This document shows, one piece after another, positions 40,936 to 53,712 of a stretch of 64,000 nt of DNA. The DNA is from Ginglymostoma cirratum (Eukaryota). The notes below the pieces were generated by a model that searched no databases, had not been told where the DNA came from, and saw only the letters and a program-made list of their open reading frames with translations. The position numbers and the translations under genes are program-made. The stretch is from positions 5,632,752 to 5,696,751 of the forward strand of contig JAHRHZ010000145.1 of assembly GCA_024137785.1 (NCBI GenBank). Direction: 5' to 3'. The stretch's first letter is position 1, and the number at the start of each line of letters is the position of its first letter.

Positions 40936-43621
40936 ACGTCGTCCTAAGTTTATTTCAGAAAAATAATTTCTAAAAGTGAGTTTGAAGTGCAACAGCTGAA
41001 TTAGCAATAATATATTTCCTGACCTGCACCAGCACTGTGAGGATCCAATGTCGGGTCACCCTGTTTGTTTAAATCAGTGATGCCACCACTTCACCCTTTA
41101 GTTTTACGTGGCTATTCTTGCTGCAAATCCTGTACCAAGATAGGACATCATGAAACTTCGAAGCAAATTTTAGTGGCCATAGGGTTTCTCAAGTCATAGT
41201 TACGCACCGATCTCAACAGCATGCTGACTTGATGCTGTTCTTTACACAGGTTCTGAAGTTAAATAATGTATTGAACGATCTGCTTGCATGCAGTGGTTTA
41301 TCAGCACGTTGCTGTAAGGAGTGTGGGGCTGGGCACAGAAATATCCTCCAGGATTTCCCAGATAATGAGTTCCTGTTGTCAGCCAGGCTCTGGGAGGGAA
41401 GCTTGGGGGAAGGAGATCTCTGGTTTATGTGAAGTATGTGGAGATGTTCTTGCCAGCCGTGAATAGGGAGAGTAGAAAATCGACAAGCAAGTCGTCTGTA
41501 ATCTGTTACAGTTTAAAAGTGTTGTGCGCAAGCTTGACTGTTTGCCTTAAAAACTGTGGAAGTGATAAACCCATTCCATGCGGTAATTTGACTGGGGAAG
41601 TTACCCATTTAGAGTGGGCTTGCAATTTTGTTTTTCTCAGTTTAGTGGCTTGCATCAATTGTTCAGAGCTATCACATGTCTAACAGGCCATGTGGTCTTT
41701 CTCTGCTGTATGGTCCTGTGTTTGACCAAATGAGTTCCATTGCATCATAAATCAATTTTACAATTTGTCAGTAACATTGCCATACCCATGCTGTAACCTC
41801 AACTGATCAAGCTGATCTCACAAAATGGGAATCGGACATGGCACCTTGAGGTCCACACAATTTGGTTGTAGAGTTACATCACTCGTGCAACTATTCAAAG
41901 CTATGTTGTATTTCAAATATTTATTTGGATTTTGCTGTTTTGGCATGCAGCGAATGTAGATGATTGGGAACAAATTGGTGCTTCATCAAAACAGCATGTT
42001 TACGTGTCAGCTTCTGAGTTTAGAAATGTGTTATTGGGAAGTCCGGTTCATTGTTGTCTGAGATTATCCCTTGAACCCAGCCTGACAACACAATCTGTGC
42101 TTGAGCTGGAGCTATTCTTGGATTGCTGTCTGGCAGTTGCTGATTGGAGCGTACTATGTGTCTGGATGTTGAGCACGAGCCTGCCGGGCGGTAGCCTCAC
42201 CCTGTGGTCAAAAAAGCCTGCAACTTGCTGTGCAAACTGGCACCTGAGGATTAGCAGCTGGGGCCAAGTTATGGTTGTCTGCTCTTGGCTGTAACTATTC
42301 CCAAGTGTAAGCTCAGAGGAACTGGAGTTGGCTATTCAGCCCCTTGAGCTGAGCCCACCATTTGATTAGATCATAGGTGAACTGTATTTGAACTCCGTTT
42401 ACCTGCCTTAGTCCTGTAACTTGTTGCACCCATTCCTAATAATCTTATTAATCTCAGTTCTGAAATTTTAATTCGATCCTTACCATGAAGAGCTTTCAAT
42501 GAAGTGTTCTTGATTTATGCTTCCTTTTTGTGTGAAGAAGTGTGTCCTGATATCACCTCTGAACGGTCCAGTTTTAATTTGAAGATTGTGCTCCTTTAAG
42601 CGTATATACGCCCCTGGAAAAAGTCCCTTCCAAGAATAGGAGAGAGTGGCGGGAGAAACCAAGCAAACATACTGTCTTTTGTTGACTGTGTTCTGTTGTG
42701 GGCACACCAGTGTGTTCTGTCTTGCCTTGTGTAATATGAAAAGTGTTTTTAAAAATATTACTAATATTGGACAGTCAGTTGTACTTGCAGATTAATATAG
42801 AAGTGCCAAGGGGGAGGAAGGTCAGAAGAAAGTTTTGAATCTCTGCCAGTGGTTTCTAACTGTGATTCTAATTTGTGTGAGATGGTATCAATAGTTACCA
42901 AATGTTGGTACGGAGTTCATATAAGATAAAACAGTATTTCAGTTTTTCTTTACCTTTTCCATTTTACCTCTATACTTAATTCTGCTAATTGTCTCCTCAC
43001 CAGCTTCTCATCTCCCACTCGATATAAACTTCAGCTCATCAAAAACTCTCTTCCCCATATTGTAACTCTGTCCTATTTGCACATCACTTCTGTTAGCTGA
43101 ACTACATGTGATCGCAGTTTGCAACAGTACTTATACTTCTCCTTACTGTCTTCAAAGCCCTCTATGACGTTGCCTGTCTGTCCTTATAATGTCCTTCAAC
43201 TCTTCCAATTCTGGCTCCAAGCATATCCCTGATTTTCTACTCTTCGGTTGTACCTTTGGCTGCCAAAGCTCCAACATCTAGAACTCTCTTCTTAAACATC
43301 TCATCATCCTCCTTTAAGGTGATCAGTAAAATCTACCGCTCTGACAAACTTTGGCCACCTGTCCTGATACCTCCTCCTGTAGTTCACTGTCAAGATTTAA
43401 TTGGTAATGGCCATGTGAATTGCTTTGTAATGTTTTGTTATGATCAAGGCACAAAATATATGCGAGGTGCAATTGTTGTAAGTAATTTTCAGTGACCTTG
43501 ATTTTCCACTGTCTGAGAATGGTATTGTTTTACTGGAAGAAATGTTTCCATTGACATGAGTGCATCTCAGATGAAATTTTCAAACTTTGCATTAAGTGGG
43601 TACTACTATGGCTTGAGATGA

Positions 43622-43746
43622 GAGATAAAAGGTACTGCAGATGCTGGAGAATCCGAGATAACAAGCATGGGGCTGGATGAACACAGCAGGTCAAGCAGCA
43701 TCATAGGAGCAGGAAAACTTGACGTTTCGGGCCTAAACCCTTCATC
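43622..43746 (-). mobile_element. Young Penelope pLTR fragment, truncated within the hammerhead core
   Basis: One mismatch over about 88 nt against 19103-19190; lacks the initial CU of CUGAUGA. Confidence 0.87.
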
Positions 43747-46700
43747 TTGGTTTGATACAGAGGTACTTATAACGTAGCCTGTTTCTTGCACTTCTTAATA
43801 GAGCCAATGTCGCAAGAGTGAATTTTTTTAAAAGTTACATAAATAGAAGTCTTTCTTTAACAATTTCGGGACGCCCAGAGTAGTTTGCAGTACTCTTCGA
43901 AGTGTTACAGTTATGATATTGGAAATGTAAGGGCCAAGTAATGCACTTGCAAGCTCCCACAAATAGCAATGTGATTGTGATCATTTTAACTATTTAATCA
44001 TGCTTTTGAAAGATAATTATTGTCCAGGACATGGTGGAGAACTCTCCTACTCTGCAAAGTAGTGGCATACAATATTTTACTTCCATCTGAGGACAGGAGT
44101 CACCTCGGTTGAACCTCTCCTCTGAAAGACATCACCTCCACTTCAGGACTCACTCAGGTTGGCACTTAGAGTGTTGGCCTTGAGTTGAGGGTTATGTCTC
44201 GGTAGTTTCAAGTCTCACTCCAAGATTTTGACTTCGGTAAGAGTGCATCTGGCTGAACTATTACTGATGGCTCTGGCTGTAGTTAGAGTGTGTTATCTTT
44301 GTTATCATTCTCGCCTTGGGACTTTTCAACGGTTGTTTGGTATAAGAATCTTGATAGGGAATGGCAGGCTGTTCACCTGTGAGCAGCATCGCAGCTGAAC
44401 CTGATCGTGATCACACCTAATGCCTTCAAGTGCACACAGGGGTCATTGTGGTAAGGGAGGAGTGAGGATTCCAAATTAGTTTGTTTCCTTCCACCTCAAA
44501 CTGAAGACTTTCTGAGCTGATTATTTCACTGCTACAATTTTGTGCTTTTTTTGTATCCAGAAACAAAAGTAAATTTTGCTGCTTGAACTTGCCAGATTTT
44601 ACCCTCGCGATGTGTAATTTTTGTTTTGCTTCGTACCTTTGCTCTCTTCAATTTGACTCGGTTTGGGACCCACCCTACATGCTCTATCCCCGTGCTGCAC
44701 ATTGGCACACTCACTATGAAAGGGTAGGTACAGGAACTCTTGTTAATATCCGAGTAAGCTGCAGTGTGATTTGTTGTGCTTGAGCCCAAGTATAACAGTA
44801 GACTGTAAAAGGAAGTGGAAGGCAGTGTGGCTCTGTATTTCCAGAAGGCGGGTGTTGACTTGTGGGGGCAAGGGAGTGGGGCAAAAAAAAGGTGGTGAAG
44901 GAACAGAGAGACTGGTTTATAAAGACAAGCACACAGTTGTTTGTTTTCAACAGCAGCTCAGATGTCACACTCTTACACCCTTAATTAGAAGGCTTGAGAC
45001 TCATTCCAGAGATTTGAGCACATTCTAGGCTGACATTTCAAATTCTGTTGATGGACAGCTGCACTGTTGAATGTTCTGTCTTTCAGACACCTGGCCGACA
45101 TCCTGTGGCCAGCTTGAATAAAAAGAGATATTTGGACTTTGTTTCATTGCCTTTAGTGGGACCTTGCTGTGTGCAGATTGTCACGCTGCAGATTATATGG
45201 CAGTCAATGACTACACTGCGTTAGCTGCAAAGCATTTTGAAATATTTGAGAAGTTGTGAAAGGTGCTATACAAGTGCAACTGCTGCCTGTCGTTCACAGC
45301 TGACACACGATCAAACCAGTTAAAAGTAGGCATCCTATAGGCCTCGAGTGGAATAGGCCATCAGACCTTTAATGTTGATTTGCAGGAATTTCTGGAGCAA
45401 ATTTGAAGGGGCAAATATTCAATAAATTAGCCTGGTCTATCATCAATAGTGCTGCTCTCATCATGAATCTGACTAGCCCAGCTATTTGAGCGTGATTGTA
45501 TGAAAGAAAATTGACTGATCACCAGGCAGGTTATTTTGGAGACGAATTTTCCTGGCTGTTGGTTAGGTTACACTCCATGAGGAAGTAAAATGAGCAGGGA
45601 ATTAAGACTCAGTGTGATGGTTTGTTTACAAATGGTGATCAGATGCATTAACCAGGGATTTTGGTTTCATTCTGGTTTTATAAACTGAGAATTTTGCCTC
45701 CTCAAGCAGTGTTTAATCTACAACCAAAGCTTTCATTCTGAGTCAGGGGTCGGCGACTGCCTCTTGACTGGAGCTACAACTTGTCCAGTACAGGTGCAGT
45801 GAATGTCACAATGTTTAATGCTGGAGAGTTTGACCTAAAGCTTGAGGTACACCTTGGAGGGGGTTTAACTACCTCGTTGATCCCATTTCGGGATGAAGTG
45901 TTCTGGAAATCTTGAAATGAATGTACAATCCAAGATACCCACTGCAGTGTTGCATGGCGTAGAGGGCTGAAAGAATTAATGTAAACTGTGTCACTGTTCG
46001 CATACCGCACTGTAGGTCTGGGAGGAACACTGATCACCTGTGCAGTCCCTGACCACAAATCTGCAGGTGGATCTGCAGCCTCTCAGCCTGTCTAGTTCAA
46101 TGCTTGGATTGTCCTCCTGCAGATTAAGGGTTGGAACAGCACAGACGAGCCACAGCTTTACCAGTTTACTTGGGAATTAACTTAGGATGATTTGTCTTCT
46201 CTTCCATCAGACCCCATTGCTTAGTCCTTTTAGTGAGGAGATGACAAGTGTTTCCTTCTCAGGCAGCCCCTGCTCCTGGACTGTCGATGGTGCTCAGCAG
46301 ACGTGGCAGTGTGAGTGCTGTTTTAGTACACCTGTCTGCAGCTCCTCAGTGAGGAAGAATTTGAGCTCAGTCTGACTCGAAGGAACTTCATCTCACCATG
46401 TCAACCCACAATTATCGTTTTGGCAGTAATTTGAATGGCTAAAGATGATAAACAATCTGTCCTGCCATCAACTTCAAAAAGGAAGTACCAAACAAAGTGG
46501 TGAGAGGAGGACGGTTTCACGTCAGGTAACCCAGCAACACACGGTACAGAGAAATCTCCTTTTTAAAAAAAAAATGGCTAATGTATGGATTGTGGACCAG
46601 CAGATAAAATCAAGCAATGTTGATGCATCACTAGAATTTGTGATGGTGATTTCAATATTGTGATCTTCGCAGATCAAAGACAAGCATTATACGCCATTGT

Positions 46701-49267
46701 GGAGTCAATGGCTCAACATTTAATTGAGAGATTCCTCTAGTTGTTCATGCATTGTCTTGTTTGTCACAAGGTGTTTCTCAGATGCTCTTTAAACCACGCT
46801 AACATGGTCTTTTAGTCTTGGCTGAGCAATTCATTGAGGTGGGTGACAGATGGTTGTACGTTCTCTCGAGGTATCAGTAACAGGAGAAGAATGTCTGTGT
46901 GGCAACCAAGTTAGGGTGAAGGAGTCAGAGTGACTCTCAGTGCCCTTTGAGAACACACAAATGAAATAACCAGTATGTGAGATAGTGAATTGGAAGGGAG
47001 TGAAGATAGTAGTGAGTAGTAGGTAGGAGGTGCCGATGTGGTGAAAAGTGTCATCTGGCGCCGCCACCCGCTAGGGCCCTCAGTTTTCGAATTTCCCCCA
47101 AAGCCCTCTGCAGCTTATCTATCACTCCTGCTTTAAGACTCTCCTTAACACTTAGCTCTTCTGCAATACTTCTGGTTTTTAAATCTCCCTGCAAAGCACT
47201 TGGTGCATTTTTATTATGTTGGAGTACTGTATAAAATTCAGTCATTGAAAAGAAGTGCCGTGAAGGTCTTGTACAGGCCACGCTTCAGCCACATTTTATC
47301 AAGATGTGTTCGTGATATAGATTATGCTGTGGTAACTCTGGGGCGAAGATGGTGGTGCACCTCTGAAAAACAGCTACTATTTCATATGCATTTACCATAG
47401 TCAATTCCCATCCATTAGTCCAGTTTAATAAAAATTTAAAAACAGACATAGAAAGGGGGAGATAGCTGTTCAGTGTTGTCCTCCAGAACTCTTCCATTTG
47501 CAATCTGCATGCTAAACTGTAACCTGTTCAGTTTACTCCGTCTGGCCGACATGTGACTCTAATTCCAAGCCAGTGTTGTTTGACTCAACAGCTGTGTAAA
47601 GTGGCTTAAAAGGCCTCACACAGTGCATTGAAAATAGGGATGGGAAGTGTGGCAGTGTTTTTCGTCTCAAAATTTAATACAAGTCTACTTGACAGCAGGT
47701 TGGTCATTGTGGGCCAATTCCCCATGGGCTCATGCTTCACCACAAAGTTTTACCCTCTCTTGTTCAGGGTATCATATTCAACCTAAAGGACAAAAGCTCG
47801 TGTTTCTCTTGATCACTACAACATACGCAATGTAATTCAAAGTTGACCTATTGCCCTAAAGTGACTACTGAAGCAGGCACTGAGTGAGAATTATATTGTT
47901 AAACACAGATTCCAATTGGAGTCCCATCATCCAGAAGTCTGACCAGTGCAATCAAGTACTGGAGAACTGCACATAAACAGGAAGATGGCTTTATCGATTC
48001 CCCAAAGCCTCTGTGATGTGGTTCTGGAATTTAACGAATGGGGTGGTTCAGATTTACCAGCTGTAATGATAGAATTATGAATTGGAAATGCAAAGAAGCA
48101 GAAAATACTGGCTGATGTTACACAGCTGGTTTTGTTCTCTGAATGGCAAGTCGTAACTATGTGGCATCTGCAAGGTGGTACTATGACTTAAGGGATTGTC
48201 CAGTTTACCAATAGTAAAAGTCAGTGACATAGTCATATTTTTCAAATTGAACAATTTTCCAAATATCTTTGTTACAACCATGCAGGCATACGAGTTAAAA
48301 ACATATATGAGCTTTAACATCAACAAAAACAGGAATTGCTGGAAAATCTCAGCATTTCTGGCAGTATCTGTAGAGAGAAGGCTGAATTAAAGAAGGGTCA
48401 CTGGATCTGAAACGTTAACTCTGCCAGACCTACTGAGTTTATTCAGCAATTTGTTTTTGTTTGATTTCCAGCATTTTTTAAACAAGAATTTTAACATATT
48501 TAGCCAGAATGTTGGAATCAATCTGCCAGATTTTCAATTGAAATAGTCCAATCTTGTTTGGGAATAGGGCTTGTGATTTCAGTCACCTTCATTGAAAAAA
48601 TGATCTGCATGCCTTAGAAAAGATGGGGTGGAATCAGCAAATGGGGATCAGCTTCGGTGACGGATATATGCATTGATACCAGATGAATACCGAACATTGA
48701 AGGTAGTGTCGGTCAAGGTGATGTGATAATGTCTCTTGACTAGTAATCCAGAGGCCAGCTGGATTTAAGTGAATAACTTTTGAATGTAAAGCTAGTATCA
48801 TTAACTGTGACTATGATGCCATCGCCAATTGTTCTAAAAACCCATCTGGCTTGGTATTTTGGACAAAGAAATCTGACCTTGATCTTCGTGACATGTGAAT
48901 GTAGACCTAGAGTAATGTGGTTAACTTCTAAATGTCTTCAGTGAATCACTCAGTTCAAGATCAATGAGGGATGGTCACCAAATGCTTGCCTGGGCAATGG
49001 CACCTTCGTATCACGAATAAAGGTGAAAAACTTACCATGCAAAACTCTAGGGTGACAGAGCATTGGTTTAGATAAAAGTAGATTTAAAGTAAATTTTTTT
49101 AAAAACAAAAACCTACATACCACATGGCACTTCCAGGAGTGGTGAAGGTATGATGGGAATTGAAGACGCAATTAGATACGAGCTGAATGATTGATTGAAA
49201 GGACCAGAAGATGAGAAGTACATCTTTGCATTGCAGAATGACTTCATTCAGCTCATTATTTCACATC

Positions 49268-49438
49268 GAGGCAGTAAGGACTGCAGATGCTGGAAGCTAG
49301 AATCAATAAATGTGGAGCTGGAAAAGCATAACGATTCAGACAGTGTCCGAGGAGCAGGTAAGTCAACGTTTTAGGCAGACTTCCCTGCTCCTCGGATGCT
49401 GTCTGACCTGTGCTTTTCCAGCTTCGCACCCATTGTTT
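49268..49438. mobile_element. Older Penelope-like inverted pair
   Basis: gagctggaaaagca...cagacagtgtccgaggagcagg opposes cctgctcctcggatgctgtctga...tgcttttccagc. Confidence 0.7.
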
Positions 49439-49439
49439 C

Positions 49440-50730
49440 ATATAGACTGGATAGCTCTTTTATAGCCAACTATCCATCCGAGCTCTTTGCCCATGGCCTC
49501 CTAGTTTGCAACACAGCAAGACCATATCCAAATAATTTTTCAAAGTGGTGAGGACAGTGAGTTCCAGACCCCCAGCTGCCTCTCAGTGAAAGGATCTCTC
49601 CTCAACTTGGCTCTATCTCGTGGGTATTGACCTTTGAGTGAAAGTGGGTCTTTCCTATCCAATCTGTCTCGACCCTCGGTTAACTGCCCCTCAATTATAT
49701 TTTCTGTCAGCCGCCTCCATTCAAAAGGAACAAAGTCCAGCTGATCCAAATCTTTGCTTAAGCTACAATTATTCGGTTGGGAGGGGGAAATTCAGTTATT
49801 CTGATTTAGTCCCCCTCTTCCCTGCATTTTTGGTTTTCATTATTGTTGCACAGCTGCTGATCGGCAGCACTTGTTAATGGTTACTCTTCAGTTTTTTAAA
49901 TTAGTTAATATGGTAAGTTTTCAAGAGAAAATAATTATCGAGGCCTCAGGCATCTTTTTAGTCCTTTCTGTACTCGTTTCTGGTGTGGCCACATCCAACC
50001 TGTGACATGGTGATCAGACTGTATTCAGTATTATACCAGTGGTTTAACTGGTATTTTATACATTTCTGGTATAATGTCTGTATCCTTGTGTTCTAAGCCT
50101 TGGGCACGAAAGGAAAGTGACTTTAACCACCTTATTTACTTATCCTGCTAACTTCAGACATCTGTAGGCCAACACTCCAAAGTCCTTGTATTCCTTCCAC
50201 ATTTCAAACCTTATTGATTATTGTTTTTCCTTGTCTTGTTTGTCCTTCCCAAATGCATTACTTTACATTGTATAGATTGAATTGCATTTGCCACTTTTGT
50301 GCCCTGTTAACCAGCCCATTCATATCTTCTTACATGTCACAACTTCCTTCCTCTGTCATCCATGCAGTAAATTTTAGTATCATCTGCAAACATGATATTC
50401 TTGCCCCCTATCTTTAGCTCTAACTCATCGGTATGTATTCAAAAAGGAACAGATCTAGCACTGAGCTCTGTGGAACTCGACTGTAAACGGCCTTCCCCAT
50501 TCATAAAAACACTCCTTTACTTTCTCCCACTGAGCCAAATTAGTTGCAACTTGCCACTTTCTCTTGGAATCCGTGATGTTCTAATGTTCTGTCCAGTTTG
50601 TCATGAGGGACTTTATCAAGAGTCTTCGTAAAACCTATGGAGACAAACTACTTCAAATGTGACTTCATCAACCTTCTTTGTTACATGATTAAAATACACT
50701 CGTGTTAGTCAGATACAGCATTCACTTATG
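49440..50730 (-). mobile_element. Degenerate CR1 LINE, antisense
   Basis: catcatctgcaaac-like (FADD) and gggactttatcaagagtc (…DKVP) remnants on the minus strand plus 3' ORF2 pieces. Confidence 0.75.
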
Positions 50731-51394
50731 TTTGTGCTGACTGAATAAACTGTGAGAAACACAGTTTATTTCTCCCAAAGACCGCGTATATTGCCTCTTG
50801 GAAGTTGTCCGTGACACACAAATTACTGATTTGCTTCTGTTCTCATGCTTGAATTTTTCTTCTCTTGTTTTTACCACATCTGTGCTACTGAATCAACGTC
50901 TGAATTTACTTTTTAACAATGAAACTTGGTTTTTTCTTACCCAGTTTTCTCGTCCTCTTTTTCCCTTAATCTACTGAGTGAAATGTAGATAAGATTGAAA
51001 ATTTTGTTGAGAGTGACTGTTTATTTCACAGAGCCAGTCCTGCAGTAGCTGCTTATCCTTATTTAGTATGCTGCTTATGATTGGAGAGACTGATGCACGC
51101 ACTTAGGGATTTTGAAATAAGTTTGGTGGTCTTTATTTATCTGTCATTGACTAATGCTGTGTGTGCACGTAGAAGGCCAGTTTCCCCTGTACATGGTGAT
51201 TACCTGATCATAGTCTGTAGTGAGGTTGCTGATCAGGTTAGCAGCCTTAGCTTGAATGAGCCCCCAGGGAAAATTGGTCAGTATTCGCTTTCACCATTGA
51301 TATCCATTGAACTCATTTGGAAAGTTTAGTCATGAGAAAGTATGGTGAGGGTGTACCTCTGAGCTTGGCTCTCCAAATGATTGAAGTCCTGGTT

Positions 51395-51597
51395 AATACA
51401 GTTGGCTGGCTTGCGATATGGTGTGTTGCCAACAGCATGGGTTCAGTTCTCTCACTGGTTAATGTTACCTTGAAGTACTCTTCACAATCACTTCCCTAGA
51501 CTGAGGCCTGGTGATCCTCAGGTTAAACTACCACCAGTCATCTCTTGAGTGAACAGAGAGGTCCTCTAGGGCAATGGTGACTTTATCTTTACCTTTT
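51395..51597 (+). mobile_element. tRNA-derived SINE
   Basis: gccaacagcatgggttcagttc head, cctcaggttaaactaccacc body, ctttatctttacctttt tail; antisense relatives at ~1583-1725 and ~16473-16670. Confidence 0.6.
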
Positions 51598-52589
51598 GAG
51601 GTAATGCCTTGCGAGTTGTTGTTAAAGAAGACATGGCATGTCAGGAGTTGTCATTATTTCAACTGGAACACACTTTGGAAGCTGCGTTGTGGGTAAAATA
51701 GTATAGGCTGCATGGGTCTATGCTGTTAATGCCACGTATTAGCAACTGTCTCCTGCACTGAGATCCTCAGAATTGTTTTGAAGTCTATTCTGTCTCTAAG
51801 CTGCTTCCTTTGCAGCCTGTCCTGTTGGTATAATTTTGCCTTGTGTGCACCAAATTGGAAATTTCATGTCAACAGCATATCTTCAAAGCACCTGCTAGCA
51901 AATTATGAACCTGTGCAGTTAATGTATTTTGTAAAACTGTGGACAAGATCTTGGGTACAGTTTTACAAATGTTTTCTTTGATATCATGTGATCAAGGCCT
52001 ATAGTTATTGTCCATCACAAGTTATTCTGATAGAGGTTCAGACATTTGATGGCTAGAGGGTAGTTCAGAGTTAGTCACATCAACAAGGAGCTGGCGATAT
52101 ACGGAGGCCCAGCAGGTTAAGGATGTCAGGACAAGTTCTCTTTCAGTAAACAAGTACTTGTGTGCTACCACAATCCAACAGTTGGAGTCAGGTTTCTTGA
52201 GATCATCGTTTTATTTTCAGATGTTTCGAGCAAAATTGCAATACTTAAACTGCTCAGGTAGAAATTAACCTGAAGTTTTTTGGATTATCAGTTCCATTGT
52301 AAGACTGACTCTGCCAGTGTTGGTCACTTCACTTCACTTTACTGCTGATAGTGTCCCTGTCAGCAATACTTAACCCTTCCAAATGCATTTGTGTGTTTAC
52401 TAAATTCCAGGGACTTTCTGGGGGATTATCAAAGCTTATGGTTCACGCAGAAGCCGTTGATCCTTCTTGTAACCTCAAGAACAACCAGTCTTTCTCATTA
52501 TTCTCTTTGATTCCTAGGGATTTTTGGAATGTGTGGTGGGGAAAACTGGAGATGATGTTTAACTCTGCTGGTACTGATTTTATAACATC

Positions 52590-53020
52590 AGCCATGGTTT
52601 GGTGAATGACAGTATTTCCTCCAAAGGTTTGGGGCTCAAGTCTCACTCAAGACGTTGAGCACAAAATCTCGACAGATGCTTCAATGGAGTCTTGAGGGAG
52701 TGAAGTGTTGTTGGATTTGAGTGATGTTCAACCAAGACCCTGTCTGCCCCCTCGGATTGAAGAAAGTATTTCACTATGTGACTTTAGAAAAAGGGCAAAG
52801 GAGTCTTCCCTGGCTAATATTTATCCTGTAACTAGCATGACTAAAACAGATCAACTGGCCATTATCATGTGGCTGCTTGTCGGGCCTTGCCGTGTGCAAC
52901 CTGGCTGCTACCCTTCCAAGGTGAAAACACTCGCCATGCTCCAAAGGTACTTCATTGGCTGTAAGTAGGTCTGGGTCATACCGAGGTTGTACCAAAACCA
53001 CATAATTAACAAATCTTCCT
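52590..53020 (+). mobile_element. Near full-length Deu-domain SINE
   Basis: tRNA-like head (ggctcaagtctcactc), core ctggctaatatttatcc...actaaaacagat, tail gtacttcattggctgtaa. Confidence 0.72.
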
Positions 53021-53611
53021 TGGCACTGACCAGAATTTGATTTTTTTTATAAAGCTGCTGGGTGAGGGAGGAGTGAATAATGTTTGATCTGGCTTTTCTA
53101 AGTTTGCTTCATTTCCTCAGCTTTTATATCCTTCTAGGTCACAGGCAGCTCTCTCTTCCAGCTGTCATGCTTAATAATGTGTGAGCAGCACAGGCAGTTA
53201 GAATGAAATTTGAGTGCTTCACGTTTTGGTTTAATGGTGAAGGGTTGTGTTATGCTCTCAGGAACCACTGCCGTTCTTTAACCCATCCTATTCAGGTAAC
53301 AATCTTTTTGTTTTCCTTCCAGCAGTACTTGAGGCTGACTCTATGTTGTCCCACTACATTGTATTTCTGCTTCCACCTGATGCATCATTTGGATGCAATG
53401 CTGTGGTGGATCTTCATTCAACAAAAAGAAATTGTGTTTATACTGCAACAGCAACATTAACTTGGTAAAACATGCCAACTAGCTCTACAGGGGTGTTATC
53501 GGACTAACTGGATAGCAGAAGAACAAAAGCTTGATCAGCTAGAAACTTCTGAGTTACTCGGATGTTTCTCACATTCTGAAATTGCATAAATATCGCCCCT
53601 TCCACATTTCA

Positions 53612-53712
53612 CATCAGCTCTGATGGAGAGTCATCTAGACTCAAAACATTAGCTTGCTGTGTCTCCATGATGTTGCCTGACCTGCCGTGATTTCCACATT
53701 TTTCATTTTTGG
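53612..53712 (+). mobile_element. Penelope remnant of another subfamily with a decayed hammerhead motif
   Basis: agct-CTGATGG-A-GAGTC[atcta]GACTC-AAAA-CATT-agct. Related remnants at ~1210-1265, 20790-20890, 21530-21650, 27750-27915, 48325-48475, 56500-56600, 61250-61360. Confidence 0.65.

Noticed and set aside
43608-43760. TSD around the 43.6-kb Penelope fragment (tggcttgaga versus tggtttgata)
   Set aside because: Two mismatches in 10 nt is not convincing for so young a copy; not counted among the TSD-flanked inserts
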